Source of the DNA: Thermoanaerobaculia bacterium
GTDB taxonomy: Bacteria; Acidobacteriota; Thermoanaerobaculia; UBA5066
Reading direction: 5' to 3'
DNA: 64,000 nucleotides
Assembly (NCBI GenBank): GCA_963816185.1
Contig: CAWFJJ010000008.1
Span: forward strand, 32,001 to 96,000
The stretch's first letter is position 1. Each line of letters opens with the position of its first letter. Positions 31,019 to 42,236 of this stretch are shown here, piece by piece. The position numbers and the translations under genes were made by a program. Under the pieces are notes generated by a model. That model searched no databases. It saw only the letters and a program-made list of their open reading frames with translations, and was not told where the DNA came from.

Positions 31019-32218
31019 ATGAATTCTCAATCCGGTCTGGCGTGGCTCGAATCTTTGGGCCCGCAGAGGATCCGCCCGGGCCTCGGCCGAACGCGTGCCC
31101 TCTTGGCCTCTCTAGGAAATCCCGAATCTTCATTTTCTTCGATTCTCGTTGGTGGCACGAACGGGAAGGGTTCGACCGCCGCGACGATCTCGGCGGTGCT
31201 CACGGCCGCGGGCGTGCCCTGCGGGCTCTATACGTCGCCTCACCTCGTCTCCGTGACGGAGCGCGTGCGGGTCTCGGACCGTGATGTCTCCGCCGCCGCG
31301 CTCGATGAAGTCCTCCGGCTCATCGCGGCGGTCGCGGCGCCGGGGCTACGCGGGCCGACGTACTTCGAGGCGCTCACGGTCGCGGCGTTCGAGCTGTTTC
31401 GGCGTGCGCGTGTCCAGACCGCGGTCGTGGAAGTCGGGATCGGAGGGCGGCTCGACGCGACGAACGTCCTTTCGCCCGAGGTCTCGGTCGTGACGAACGT
31501 CGCCGCCGACCATCTCGACGTGCTCGGCCCCGCGCTCGAGGACGTCGCGCGTGAGAAGGCGGGAATCTTCAGAAAGGGCCAGCCGGCGCTCCTCGGGGCG
31601 TCGGGCACCGCCGAGGGCCCGCGCGCGGTTCTCCATTCCGAGGCGCGGCGGATCGGGGCGCGGCTCGTCGAGATCCCTCCGGCGCCGGACGTGGCTTTCG
31701 CGCTGCCGGGCGCGCACCAGAAACAGAACCTCGCGCTCGCGCTCGCGGCCGCGCGCGCCGTCGCGCCTCTCGACGAGGCCGCCGTCTCGCGCGGACTCGC
31801 GGCCGTACGCTGGCGAGGCCGCCTGCAGAGGCTCGAACGGGAAGGAGCGAGGCCCCTCCTTCTCGACGGTGCGCACAATCCGGCGGCGGCCTCCGCGCTC
31901 GCGGAATATCTCGACGCGACCGGCCTCGCGGGCCGGGTCGACCTTCTCTTCGGCGGCCTCGCGGACAAGGACCTGCCGGGCGTCTTCGCGCCGCTCGCCG
32001 CGCGCGTGTGCCGGATCGTCCTCGTGGCGCCCGAGTCGCCGCGGGCCGAGAAGCCCGAGGCGCTGCGCGTGCGGCTGGGGCGACCGGACCTCGAAACCGC
32101 GGGCTCCGTGGCCGAGGGCCTCGCGCGGCTCGAGGAGGCGGAAGCGCACGGCCCGGCTCTCGTCGCGGGGTCGCTCTACCTCGTGGGCGAGGTGCTGCGG
32201 CTAAGATCGACGGCGTGA
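31019..32218 (+). CDS. folC: Folylpolyglutamate synthase/dihydrofolate synthase
   Basis: GTNGKGS, YTSPHL, EVGIGGRLDATN, DGAHN and GSLYLVG; follows accD. Confidence 0.95.
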   Translation: MNSQSGLAWLESLGPQRIRPGLGRTRALLASLGNPESSFSSILVGGTNGKGSTAATISAVLTAAGVPCGLYTSPHLVSVTERVRVSDRDVSAAALDEVLRLIAAVAAPGLRGPTYFEALTVAAFELFRRARVQTAVVEVGIGGRLDATNVLSPEVSVVTNVAADHLDVLGPALEDVAREKAGIFRKGQPALLGASGTAEGPRAVLHSEARRIGARLVEIPPAPDVAFALPGAHQKQNLALALAAARAVAPLDEAAVSRGLAAVRWRGRLQRLEREGARPLLLDGAHNPAAASALAEYLDATGLAGRVDLLFGGLADKDLPGVFAPLAARVCRIVLVAPESPRAEKPEALRVRLGRPDLETAGSVAEGLARLEEAEAHGPALVAGSLYLVGEVLRLRSTA

Positions 32219-33579
32219 CCTCGCCTTCTCCCGTCGCGGCTCTCGTCCCCACTCTCACGAAGAGGGATCTCGAAGCCCAGGAAGACACGCGGCTCGCGAT
32301 CTACGCCTCGCGCGCGTCGCGCGCCGTCCGGCGGTACCCGGTCGCCGAGGAAGGGAAGACGTACGACTACAGGACGGAGTATCAGCGTGATCGCGACCGC
32401 ATCATTCATTCGCGCTCCTTCCGCCGGCTCAAGCACAAGACGCAGGTCTTCATCCCGTTCGAGGGCGACCATTACCGGACGCGCCTCACGCACACGCTCG
32501 AGGTCACGCAGATCGCGCGCACGATGGCCCGCGCGCTCGCGCTGAACGAAGACCTCGCCGAAGCGTGTGCGCTCGGCCACGACCTCGGCCACACGCCGTT
32601 CGGGCATTCGGGCGAGAAGGTTCTGAACCGCATTCTCACGGGCGGCGAGCCCTCGATCCCGATCGACGCGAAGGTCGCGGCGCACGTCGGAGCGTTCAAG
32701 CACAACTACCAGTCCGTGCGCGTCGTCGACGTCCTCGAGAAGCGGTACGAGCACCCCGGCCTCAACCTCACGAACGACACGCGCGAGGGCATCCTGAAGC
32801 ACACGACCTGGCGGCGCGACTTCCCGTTTCCCGACGTGGACGCCGAGGGCCTGAACCTCTCCTCCGGCGGCCACCTCGAGTGCCAGGCCGTGGGATGGGC
32901 CGACGAGTTCGCCCAGCAGGCGCACGACCTCGAAGACGGCCTCAAGCTCGTGGACTTCGGCAAGGTCCTCGCGCTCTCAGTGTCGCGCGCGGTCGTGGAC
33001 GCGCTGGGCCCCGCCTACACCGCGACGAAAGACAACACGGTGCGACAGGCCATGCTCATCCGCGGGATGATCCACCTCCTCGTCACCGACCTCATCACGG
33101 CCTCGCGCGCCTCGATCGGGAAATGGCTCGAGGCGAGGAAGATCACGACGTCCGAGGAGTTCTACGCCCAGCGCCGCAAGCTCCCGGGCTCGCTCGTCGC
33201 TCCTTCGAAGACGGGCGACCGCTTCTACCAGGAGCTCAAGGAGTTCATCTACCAGAACGTCATCCACAGCTATCGCGTCGCGCGGCACGACGGGCGCGCG
33301 CAGCTCGTCGTCACGACGCTGTTTTCGGCGTGGTACAAGAACCCACGCCTCCTGCCCGACTACGTGCTCCTGCGCTACCGCGACCTCGCGGGTATCCCGT
33401 ACCTCAGGGACGTCCCGCTCAGGCGCCTCGACGCGGAGATCGCGTCGAACTACACGAGGAAGCCGCTTTTTCTGCGTGCGATCGCGGACCACCTGGCCGG
33501 GATGACCGACAGCTACGCCCTCGCCGAGTACGACTCGATGGTGTCCGCTTACCCGCGTCACGCTCCCGAAGGTCCGTGA
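32215..33579 (+). CDS. dgt: dGTP triphosphohydrolase (HD family)
   Basis: QRDRDRIIHS..FRRLKHKTQVF, RTRLTH, HDLGHTPFGH.GE, HDLED and IAD..AGMTD.YA. Confidence 0.93.
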   Translation: MTSPSPVAALVPTLTKRDLEAQEDTRLAIYASRASRAVRRYPVAEEGKTYDYRTEYQRDRDRIIHSRSFRRLKHKTQVFIPFEGDHYRTRLTHTLEVTQIARTMARALALNEDLAEACALGHDLGHTPFGHSGEKVLNRILTGGEPSIPIDAKVAAHVGAFKHNYQSVRVVDVLEKRYEHPGLNLTNDTREGILKHTTWRRDFPFPDVDAEGLNLSSGGHLECQAVGWADEFAQQAHDLEDGLKLVDFGKVLALSVSRAVVDALGPAYTATKDNTVRQAMLIRGMIHLLVTDLITASRASIGKWLEARKITTSEEFYAQRRKLPGSLVAPSKTGDRFYQELKEFIYQNVIHSYRVARHDGRAQLVVTTLFSAWYKNPRLLPDYVLLRYRDLAGIPYLRDVPLRRLDAEIASNYTRKPLFLRAIADHLAGMTDSYALAEYDSMVSAYPRHAPEGP

Positions 33580-33660
33580 CGCGTGAGGCCCGCCGCCGCG
33601 ATACGATCTGCGGCTCTCACAAGGACGTGAGGTGACCCCTCGGGCCAGCACTTCCATTCG

Positions 33661-36600
33661 ATGAAAAAGGCCAATCGCGTCGCAATTGGGCTTGTTCTTG
33701 CCTGGCTTGTGTCTCTGTCGCATCCCGGGATACGCGGGCGTCTTCTGGAAGACGGCGCCGATCGAGGGCCCGAATGTGCCAAACGTCGGGCTGGTCCTCG
33801 GAAACGAGAGCCGGACGCTCGCGTTCGACGGGTCCGGAACCTGGGAGTTCGACGGATCCTCATGGCATCGCATCCGGCTTTACACCGCCTCCGGCACGGA
33901 GACGACACTGCCCGGTCAGCCGTTTTTTCGTGCAGGCCGGTTCTTCGCGCTCGACCGCACGGACCAGTCGCGCATCCGGCTCCTCATGCTCGAAGGTGAC
34001 ACGTGGAAGACCCTCTTCGAGGCAGGCCCGATCGACACCCTTGCCATCGGAGCGACGAAGCTGTATTTCGCGAACGGCGGGTTCGACACCTTCTGTCGTT
34101 CGACGATTTGCTCCGATCCGTACTCCGAAGGGATCAGGATGTTCTCGGTTGCGCTCGGCGACGGGAGCGTCCGCGAGGAGGCGAAGCTCCCGGCCTGCAC
34201 GGGCGAGCTGGACGCGGCGGGGGACGTGCTCTATCTCAGGGCTCTGCCCGCGGGGTGCTCTGGCCCCAGCGCACGGACGCACCTGTCGAGGGTCTCGAAC
34301 AGATATGGCGACGCCTCGACCCCGCTGTACCGCCTAGACGGTGACCGCTGGACGCTGCTTCCCCGGCTCGACGAGCCTTACTACGGGCTGTTCACGACCG
34401 ATCACGATCTCTGGACGATCGGGTCAATCTCTCCGGTCGCCGAACAGATCCGGCGGCTGACGCCGACAGGTCTTTCACCTCCCGTCCTCCTTCCGTCTTC
34501 AGGCGTGTTCTTCGATCGCGAGTTCACGGACTGGAACGGCGAAGTCCTCTACACCACTGGATTCAGCGGCAACAACCTGCTGTACCGCCTGCATAGCGGC
34601 GCCTTCGAGGCCGTCGGCGCGCCCTTCGTCGGAGCTCGCTACTTCGTCGCGGGGAGCCGCCTCTTCGCCGCAGGCGCCGGCTCGGACGTGCAGCTCTTCA
34701 ACGGATCAGGCTGGAGCGCGACGACGGGGATCGAGGGATCTCCGGCGGCGGTGGACGCCTTCCTCGCAGGGGACTCATCGCTTTTTGCCGTCTTTGGCGC
34801 CGAAGTCTGGCGGCGGGACGGAACCGACTGGACCGGGTTGCCGCGGCCGCCCCTCGCGAACAACGTTCCGCGCGGGTTCGTTTTCCAGAACCGGCCGATC
34901 CTCGTGAATGGCTCCCGGTTGCTCGCCTTCGACGGCTCTGCATGGACGGACCTCGGAGCTTTCCAGGCGGACGTGTTCACCACGTCGTACGAATCCGTCC
35001 CTCCCACCGTCATGAAACCGGACGAGTTCTGGATTTCGGCCCAGATGGACGTGCTGCTCCGCTATCGCGACGGCGCCTTCACGACCTTCCACAATCCCGC
35101 GTTCCCGAGCACGGCGCCTGGCGGGGGGTACGAGAACCATCCGACGGCCCACGTTCGCGAGATGGGCGGCTCCATCGTGGTCTTCGGCAGCTCCGGCGAC
35201 GCTTACCGGCTGACCGGGGATGACCCGGAAGCAGGTTTTCGTCCCGGCCTTTCCCGACCTGACGGACTTCTGGCTGCTGGACGGCGCGGCGATCGACGGC
35301 CGAACGTTTCTTTCCGTGCAGCAGAAGCTCGATACCGCGTCCCTTCCGGCATCGCTCATCGAGATGACAGCGTCCGGAACGCGAACGCTGATTGCGGACG
35401 CCGATTACCAGCGCGGGCTAGGCAAAGAACCAGAACGAGGGTTTCCTTGCCGCGTTCGGTGGAGCGTTGCTGCTGGGTGGGCTGTCGGTCACGGACGCAG
35501 GCGTTCTCGCGCAGCGCGCCGATCGGGCCCAGCTCTCCGTGGACCCGAGCGGCCTCTTCGCGACGTCCACGTCCTTCGACGCGAGCTACGCTCCGCACGT
35601 CCGGCTGCTCCTGCCGACGGTCCGTGTCCGGAAGGAGATCGCGGCCTCCGTGGACACGACCGGAGTCGGAGGACAGCGGTACCGGACGACGCTCGTCGTC
35701 GCGAACTTCTCGGAGACGCGAGCCTGTGTCGCCCACGTGCTGCCGGGCGCGGCTTCCTCTCCGGCGTTCGACGTGCCGCTCGCTCCGGGCCGGCAGGTGC
35801 GAGTCGAGGATCCCCTGCCGGGCTTCGTCGGGCCTCTGTCCGTCGAGTTCGAAGGCCTCGAGGACGACCGCGACGCGTTCGCGGCCGTGCGTGTCTGGAA
35901 CCCGGCGGGGGATGGGACCGCGGGCGCGACGCTCGTGGGACGCGATTCGGGCAGCTCCACAGGCTGGACCCCACTGCTCCCTCCCGCCGAGCGGGCCGGC
36001 TCTCGCCTGCACCTCGCGACGTCGGCCGCGGCCGACGGACCCGGACAGGCCCAGAACGCGGCGAACTATGGAACCGATCCGCCCTCTCCCCTCGCAGTGC
36101 CGTCCGGGACCCTCGTTCAGGTCGACCCCACGGCCGCGAACCTGAACAAGATCCTCTATGTCGGGCAACTCGGCAGCGTGCCGAGCGACGACGTCCTCGG
36201 CTATTGCGTGAGGAACGACCCCGGTGTTGAAGACGTGACGGTCGTGAGCGCGGAGCCGCCGGGCACGATCCCGACGCAGCTCGTGCGATTTCTGCCCGTG
36301 GTCGTGTCCGTCACGTCCGCGTACGCGAGCTATCGGACGGAGCTGTCGCTCGGCCGGGCCGCGTTCGTTGCCTTTCTGCCGAAGAGAGCGACGTTCAACG
36401 TGACATGGAAGCCCGCCGGGCAGACGGACGCCTTCTCCTTCCGAGTGGACCTCGACGAGGGCGAGGTTCTGCACATCCCCGATGCGATCGCCTGGGTCGC
36501 ATCGAACGGCGCCGTCCTTCCCCCCGGGAACATCGAAGGCACGCTCACGTTTTCCAGCGACGACTCGGAGGGCGCCTCTGCGCTTCTCGTCAACGCGGTC

Positions 36601-37004
36601 GTCCTCGCGAAGCCGAACGGCTCTTCGGCCGAGTACGGCACGTTCGTTCCCGTCTACGCCGAGGGGCGGTGGGCCCGTGCGCGCGCGGTCGTACCCGGGC
36701 TCCTCGAGTCGGACGCCTTCCGCTCGAACGTCGCCGTCGCGAACCCGGAGAGAGAGGGCGGCCCGTCCACCACACTTTCGGTGGAATTGCGCTCGGCGGA
36801 GGGCTTGCGAGTCGGGACGCTTCCCTCCGTGACGCTTCGGCCCGGCGAGCGTCGGCAGTTCAACGGCCGCTCGCGCCGCGGATCGGTGACGCGTATGCCG
36901 TCGTCACGCGTGTCGCCGGCGAGGGGCGGTTCGTCGCGTACGGCGTCGTGAACGACAACGCGACCGGGAGCGGTTCCGTCTTCGAGATGACGCGGGCGGA
37001 ATGA
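33661..37004 (+). CDS. Large secreted protein: N-terminal beta-propeller-like repeats and C-terminal beta-rich domains; split by about 4 frameshifts
   Basis: Signal peptide MKKANRVAIGLVLAWLVSL. Repeated DG.xW motifs in ORF 33686. Continues in ORFs 35220, 35467 (YRTTLVVAN, YRTELSL, FRSNVAVAN) and 36405 (RFVAYGVVNDNATGSG). Confidence 0.7.
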
Positions 37005-37039
37005 GCCGCCCTTGATAGGATCGTCGCCCTGGAGGATCC

Positions 37040-38323
37040 ATGTCGACGACCGCCAGCCGCCCCGCCACGCTCATCAACCGGTCTCTTGCCGAGACCGATC
37101 CCGAGATCGCCCGCATCATCGCCGCCGAGCTCGCGCGGCAGCGTGAGGGGATCGAGCTCATCGCCTCCGAGAACTTCACGTCCCGCGCCGTCCTGGAGGC
37201 GGTCGGCTCGGTGCTCACGAACAAGTACGCCGAGGGCTATCCCGGAAGGCGCTACTACGGCGGGTGCGAGTTCGTGGATCAGTCCGAGTCCCTCGTCATC
37301 TCGCGCGCGAAGGCGCTCTTCTCGCCCGGCAACCCCGATGCGATCCACGTGAACGCCCAGCCGCACGCCGGCTCGCAGGCGAACGCGGCCGTCTACATGG
37401 CCTGCCTGAAACCCGGCGACACCCTCCTCGGCATGTCGCTCGCGCACGGAGGCCACCTGACCCACGGCCACCCGCTCAACGTCTCCGGGAAGCTCTACCA
37501 CGTCGTGGCCTACGGCGTGAGGAAGGACACGGAGGTCATCGACTTCGACGAGCTTCGTGCGATCGCCGAGCGCGAGAAGCCGAAGCTCATCGTGGCGGGC
37601 GCCTCGGCGTACCCGCGCACGCTCGACTTCCCGAAGTTCCGCGAGATCGCCGACGCCGTCGGCGCGCTGCTCATGGTCGACATGGCTCACATCGCAGGGC
37701 TCGTGGCGACGGGCCTCCACCCTTCGCCCGTCGGCCACGCGCACTTCGTGACGACGACGACGCACAAGACGCTGCGCGGCCCGCGCGCGGGCCTCATCCT
37801 CTGCACGCCCGAGTGGGCCAAGGAGATCGACAGGGCCGTTTTTCCGGGCCAGCAAGGCGGCCCGCTCGAGCACGTCATCGCGGCCAAGGCCGTCGCGCTC
37901 AAGGAGGCGATGGAGCCGGAGTTCGCGCGGTACATGAAACAGGTCGTCACGAACACCCGTGTCCTTTCGGAAGCCGTGGCCGCGAAAGGCTTCCGGATCG
38001 TCTCCGGCGGGACCGACAATCACCTCTTCCTCGTCGACGTCGGAAAGAAGGGGCTGACGGGGAAGGTCTGCGAGAAGGCGCTGGACGCCGCCGGGATCAC
38101 GGTGAACAAGAACACGATTCCCTTCGACCCGAACCCGCCGCTCGTCACGTCGGGCCTTCGCATCGGGACGCCCGCCGTCACGACGCGCGGAATGGGCGTG
38201 ACGGAGATGAAGACCATCGCCGGCTGGATCGGGGAGGTGCTCGACGCCCCCGAGGACGCGGCCATCCAGGCGCGCGTCAAGGGGAAGGTCAAGGAGCTGA
38301 CGGCGGCGTTCCCGCTCTACTGA
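37040..38323 (+). CDS. glyA: Serine hydroxymethyltransferase
   Basis: [41 protein letters not shown] and SGLRIGTPA. Confidence 0.98.
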   Translation: MSTTASRPATLINRSLAETDPEIARIIAAELARQREGIELIASENFTSRAVLEAVGSVLTNKYAEGYPGRRYYGGCEFVDQSESLVISRAKALFSPGNPDAIHVNAQPHAGSQANAAVYMACLKPGDTLLGMSLAHGGHLTHGHPLNVSGKLYHVVAYGVRKDTEVIDFDELRAIAEREKPKLIVAGASAYPRTLDFPKFREIADAVGALLMVDMAHIAGLVATGLHPSPVGHAHFVTTTTHKTLRGPRAGLILCTPEWAKEIDRAVFPGQQGGPLEHVIAAKAVALKEAMEPEFARYMKQVVTNTRVLSEAVAAKGFRIVSGGTDNHLFLVDVGKKGLTGKVCEKALDAAGITVNKNTIPFDPNPPLVTSGLRIGTPAVTTRGMGVTEMKTIAGWIGEVLDAPEDAAIQARVKGKVKELTAAFPLY

Positions 38324-38348
38324 CGCGTCTCCGCGGCGCCCTGCGGAA

Positions 38349-39124
38349 CTACCGGCGCGCAGCCGCAGCCGGATGCGGAAGAGCTCGAGGTACGCCTGCG
38401 CGCCGCCGAAGAGTGTCACGCGCGAGTCGGCCGAGTTGAACCACAGGACGGGCACCTCGGCGATCGGATAGCCGAGGCCGCGCGCCAGGGCGAGCGCCTC
38501 GACGTCGAAGGCGAAGCGGTCGACGCGGGCGCGGCCGAAGATCGCCCGCGCGGCTTCCCGCGAGAAGAGCTTGAAGCCGCACTGCGTGTCGCGGATGCCG
38601 GGGACGAGAAGCATGCGCACGAGCCGGTTGAAGAGCTTGCCCATGGCGCTTCGGCCGAGCGACTGGCGCTCCTTCACGAGTGACTCGTCGACGGCGCGCG
38701 AGCCGATCGCGACCGGTGCGTTCGCGGACGCGAGCTTCTCCCACTCGTAGATGGGCGTCGAGAAATCCGCGTCCGACACGAGAATGAGGCGGCCGGCGGC
38801 TTCGAGACATCCGGTACGGACCGCGAAGCCCTTGCCGCTGTTCTTCGGAAGGCGGATGACGCGAAGGTCGAGGCCGTGGCGGCGTCCCGCGTCCTCGGCG
38901 CGCTCGGCGGTCGCGTCGGAGGAGCCGTCGTCCACGACGAGGACCTCCACGCGGGGTGCCGACGGCCGGGCGGCGAGATAGGCCGAGACCGCCCCGAGGG
39001 AGGCGGGCAGCCGCTTCTCCTCGTTGAAGGCGGGGATGACGATCGACAGGTCGACGCCACGCACCGATTCCGTCCGGGCGGGCGCGGCTTGCGTTCCGAA
39101 AGCCGGACTTTCGCGTGTCGCCAT
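38349..39124 (-). CDS. GT2 glycosyltransferase (dolichyl-phosphate beta-glucosyltransferase-like); 3' end uncertain
   Basis: IVIPAFNEE, VVDDGSSD, GKGFAV, DAD, DTQCGFKLF and FAFDVE. No in-frame stop before glyA; the nearest off-frame stop is at 38349. Confidence 0.88.
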
Positions 39125-39825
39125 CACGACGGCCGCGCCTCGTAGACGAACTGATAAGCGAAGAGCGTGGGCGCGAGGGTCGTAGCGGCGAGCGCGGCCG
39201 CGCGCACGACGCCGGCAAGAGGCGGGCGCGAGAGCGTGGGCACGGCGAGCTCGATGGGCATTGCGGTCGCGTCGATCGAGAGGACGCGATACCCGTTCTC
39301 CTCGAGGAGGGCGCGACCCGTGGCCCGCGTGAAGAAACGCAGATGCGTGCGGTCGAGGATGCCGCGGGGCGCGTATCGGAAACGGCCGAGAAGAAGGCCG
39401 AACCGCACGGTGACGTTCGCGACGTTCGGGAGCGAGAGCAGGAGAATTCCGTCCGGCTTCAGGAGGCGCTTCAGAGAGCCCAGGAGGGCCTCGGGACGCG
39501 GCAGATGCTCCATGACGTCGCCGGCCACGATCACGTCGAAAGGCTCCTTCCACGGCCCGGAAATTCCTTCGAGAAGGTCGCCGGTCACGGGGTCGTCGAA
39601 GAACGGAGCGCCTTCCTTCGCCGCTTCGGGGTCGAGCTCGACGCCGGCGAGGTACCGGCATGCCGGGCGGACGCGCCGCGCGAGAAGGCCTGCGCCGAAG
39701 CCGAGGTCGAGAACGGCGAGGTCCTTTCCGCGTGAAAGAACCTTCTCGAGGAGGAGCAGGTGCGAAGAGCCCGGGATCTCTTTCCAGGGGTATCGCTGCG
39801 CCTCGAGCGATGCGGTGTACCTCAG
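39124..39825 (-). CDS. Class I SAM-dependent methyltransferase (glycan-associated type)
   Basis: VLDLGFGAG, FDVIVAGDVMEHL, LSLPNVAN and GILDRTHLRFFT. Start probably CTG overlapping the nadE stop. Confidence 0.85.
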   Translation of the reverse strand: MRYTASLEAQRYPWKEIPGSSHLLLLEKVLSRGKDLAVLDLGFGAGLLARRVRPACRYLAGVELDPEAAKEGAPFFDDPVTGDLLEGISGPWKEPFDVIVAGDVMEHLPRPEALLGSLKRLLKPDGILLLSLPNVANVTVRFGLLLGRFRYAPRGILDRTHLRFFTRATGRALLEENGYRVLSIDATAMPIELAVPTLSRPPLAGVVRAAALAATTLAPTLFAYQFVYEARPS

Positions 39826-41516
39826 AGCGGCGCCCTCTGAGCGATCGGAATCCGGCGGCCGCTGCCGAACGCCTTCGCCGAGACCTTCAGGCCGGGCGCC
39901 ATCTGCTTGCGCTTGTACTCGGCGCGGTCCACCAGCCGCGCGATCTCCTTCACGAGCGCGAGCGGCACGTGCGCCCGCCGGGACGCGGCCTCGACGGAAA
40001 GGTTCCGCTCCACGAGGCCCTCGAGAATCGCGTCGAGGCGCGGATACGGCGGAAGTGAGTCCTGGTCGCACTGGCCGGGCCGCAGCTCGGCCGAGCACGC
40101 CTTCGCGAGCGACGCCTCCGGGATGAGCGCGCCTCGCGCCCGCGCGTTGAGATGCCCCGCGAGCGCGTAAACGCGCATCTTCGGGAGGTCCGAGATCGGC
40201 GCGAGCCCGCCGCACATGTCGCCATAGAGCGTGCAATAGCCCACGGCGAGCTCGCTCTTGTTCCCGGTCGTGAGGACGAGCGGTCCCTTCTTGTTCGAGA
40301 CCGCCATGACGAGGAGGCCTCGGAGGCGCGACTGGATGTTCTCCTCGGTGACGTCCTCCGCGAGGCCGCCGAACAACGGCGCGAGCGTCCGCCGGGCCTC
40401 GTCGAAGAGCGTGTCGATCGGCAGGATCTCGAAGCGGATGCCGAGGTTCTGCGCGAGCGCGCGCGCGTCCGTGATCGACCCCTCGGAGGAGTAGGGCGAC
40501 GGCATCCCGAGCCCCGTCACGTTCTCCCTTCCGAGCGCCTCGACCGCGAGCGCCGCGACGAGCGCCGAATCGATTCCCCCCGAAAGGCCGAGCACCGCCG
40601 TCGTGAAGCCGCATTTCCTAGCGTAATCGCGGATGCCGAGGACGAGCGCGCGCCGGAGCGACTCGAGCGGGTCGCCGCCGGCATCGTCGGCAAAGTCGCA
40701 CGCCTTCAGTCCCGAGACCGGGACGGCGCGCGCGGGCCCCCGGCCCTCGCGCACGACGTCCACGACCACGAAGTCCTCCTCGAACTTCGCGGCGCGCGCC
40801 ACGATGCGACCGCGACCGTCCAGAACCATCGAGTCGCCGTCGAAGACGAGCTCGTCGTTCCCTCCCACGAGGTTGAGAGACGCCACGGGGATGCGGCCGT
40901 CGCGCGCGTAGCGGGCCAGCATCCGGCGCCGAAGGCGGGGCTTCCCTTCCGAGAAGGGCGACGCGGAGATCGCGACCACGAGCGTCGCGCCGCGCTTCAC
41001 GAGCGTTTCTCCCGGGTCGTCGTGATACAGGCGCCTCTGCCTCCAGAAATCCTTGTCGTTCCAGAGGTCCTCACAGACGGGCAATCCGATCCGCTCCCCG
41101 CGGAAAGGGAGGACGATGCAGCCGTTGCCCGGCTCGAACCAGCGCCCTTCGTCGAAGACGTCGTATGTCGGCAGGAGCGTCTTCTTCGCGAGGACCTTGA
41201 CGCGGCCGCCGTCGAGCAGAGCCGAGACGTTGTGGAACGGCTTGCCGACGCGGTTCCGGTTCGGCACGAACGTTCCGACCAGGAGCGCGGTCCGGCGCGT
41301 GCGTCGCGCGAGGGACGAGAGAGCGCGCGCGGCCTCGCGCGCGAACGACGGGCGTTCCAGGAGGTCGCGCGGCGGGTAGCCGCAGACGGCGAGCTCGGGA
41401 AATACGGCCAGATCCGCCCGAGCTCCTTCGGCCCGGTTCAGTCCCTCGAGGATCCGGGCCGTGTTGCCCGCGAAGTCCCCGATAGTCGTGTCGATCTGGC
41501 AAAGCGCGAGGCGCAC
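39822..41516 (-). CDS. nadE: Glutamine-dependent NAD+ synthase
   Basis: Nitrilase domain FPEL..GYPPRD, LPTYDVFDE, VCEDLW. Synthase domain LSGGIDS, ENIQSR, TGNKSE and TLYGD. Confidence 0.96.
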   Translation of the reverse strand: MRLALCQIDTTIGDFAGNTARILEGLNRAEGARADLAVFPELAVCGYPPRDLLERPSFAREAARALSSLARRTRRTALLVGTFVPNRNRVGKPFHNVSALLDGGRVKVLAKKTLLPTYDVFDEGRWFEPGNGCIVLPFRGERIGLPVCEDLWNDKDFWRQRRLYHDDPGETLVKRGATLVVAISASPFSEGKPRLRRRMLARYARDGRIPVASLNLVGGNDELVFDGDSMVLDGRGRIVARAAKFEEDFVVVDVVREGRGPARAVPVSGLKACDFADDAGGDPLESLRRALVLGIRDYARKCGFTTAVLGLSGGIDSALVAALAVEALGRENVTGLGMPSPYSSEGSITDARALAQNLGIRFEILPIDTLFDEARRTLAPLFGGLAEDVTEENIQSRLRGLLVMAVSNKKGPLVLTTGNKSELAVGYCTLYGDMCGGLAPISDLPKMRVYALAGHLNARARGALIPEASLAKACSAELRPGQCDQDSLPPYPRLDAILEGLVERNLSVEAASRRAHVPLALVKEIARLVDRAEYKRKQMAPGLKVSAKAFGSGRRIPIAQRAPL

Positions 41517-41524
41517 GGCGCTCC

Positions 41525-42223
41525 CTACGGAAGGCCGGAGGGCTCGGCGGCCTCCACGGGCTCGATCGTCGTCCGCGACACGAGGTCCGCGAGCGTTCGG
41601 CCGCGGCGGTCGAACGCAGCGACGAGCAGGGGCACGCCCGCGAGCGCGCCGGTCAGAAGAAAACCCACGAAGCGCAGCAGGGCCGCGTAGAGCGTGGGCG
41701 AGCCGCCGTCCTCGGCGCAAATCCTCAGGTCGGCGAGCGCCATGCCGGGCGTCGTGCCCCAGACGAAAGGCGCGAGAACGAGGAGGACGAGAGCCGCGAG
41801 AAGGAGGAAGGCCGCGAGCGGGAGGAATGCGGCGGGCGGAAAGCGCAGATCGAGGAGCAGCGCGCCGGCGGCGAGCTCGACTGCGCCGACGAGGGCGAGG
41901 ATGAGGAGATCGGCGAGGCCCGCCGCGACGCGCCGCGCGAACGCGACCGCGCGCCGACCTTCGGGCTCGGCGCCGGCAGGCTCGGGCTCGGAGAACATCG
42001 GTGCGCCGGCCTTGGACGCCTCGCGAGCCGCCGGCTCCCGAGGCGCCACGGCGGGAGCGGGCGTTTCGACCGGCTCTTTGGAGGCGCTCTCTTCGGGAGG
42101 GCCGAAGGGTTTCTCGGAGGCGTTCGGAAAGAGCTCGAGCGTCGTGTGCGGCGAGGAGCGCCGACGCGGAGGGTCGGGAACGAGCGGATGTTCGGCGAGC
42201 GGGTCGCGCGGCGGCTCGGACAT
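41525..42223 (-). CDS. RDD family membrane protein with Pro/Glu-rich N-terminus
   Basis: RRVAAGLAD, GTTPGM..L.I, RTLADLVSRT. Confidence 0.8.
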   Translation of the reverse strand: MSEPPRDPLAEHPLVPDPPRRRSSPHTTLELFPNASEKPFGPPEESASKEPVETPAPAVAPREPAAREASKAGAPMFSEPEPAGAEPEGRRAVAFARRVAAGLADLLILALVGAVELAAGALLLDLRFPPAAFLPLAAFLLLAALVLLVLAPFVWGTTPGMALADLRICAEDGGSPTLYAALLRFVGFLLTGALAGVPLLVAAFDRRGRTLADLVSRTTIEPVEAAEPSGLP

Positions 42224-42236
42224 GTCGCGTCCGGCC

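Noticed and set aside
32215-33579. dGTPase as an anti-phage defence gene
   Set aside because: Coupled to folC in a housekeeping context with host-like codon usage and no defence neighbours.
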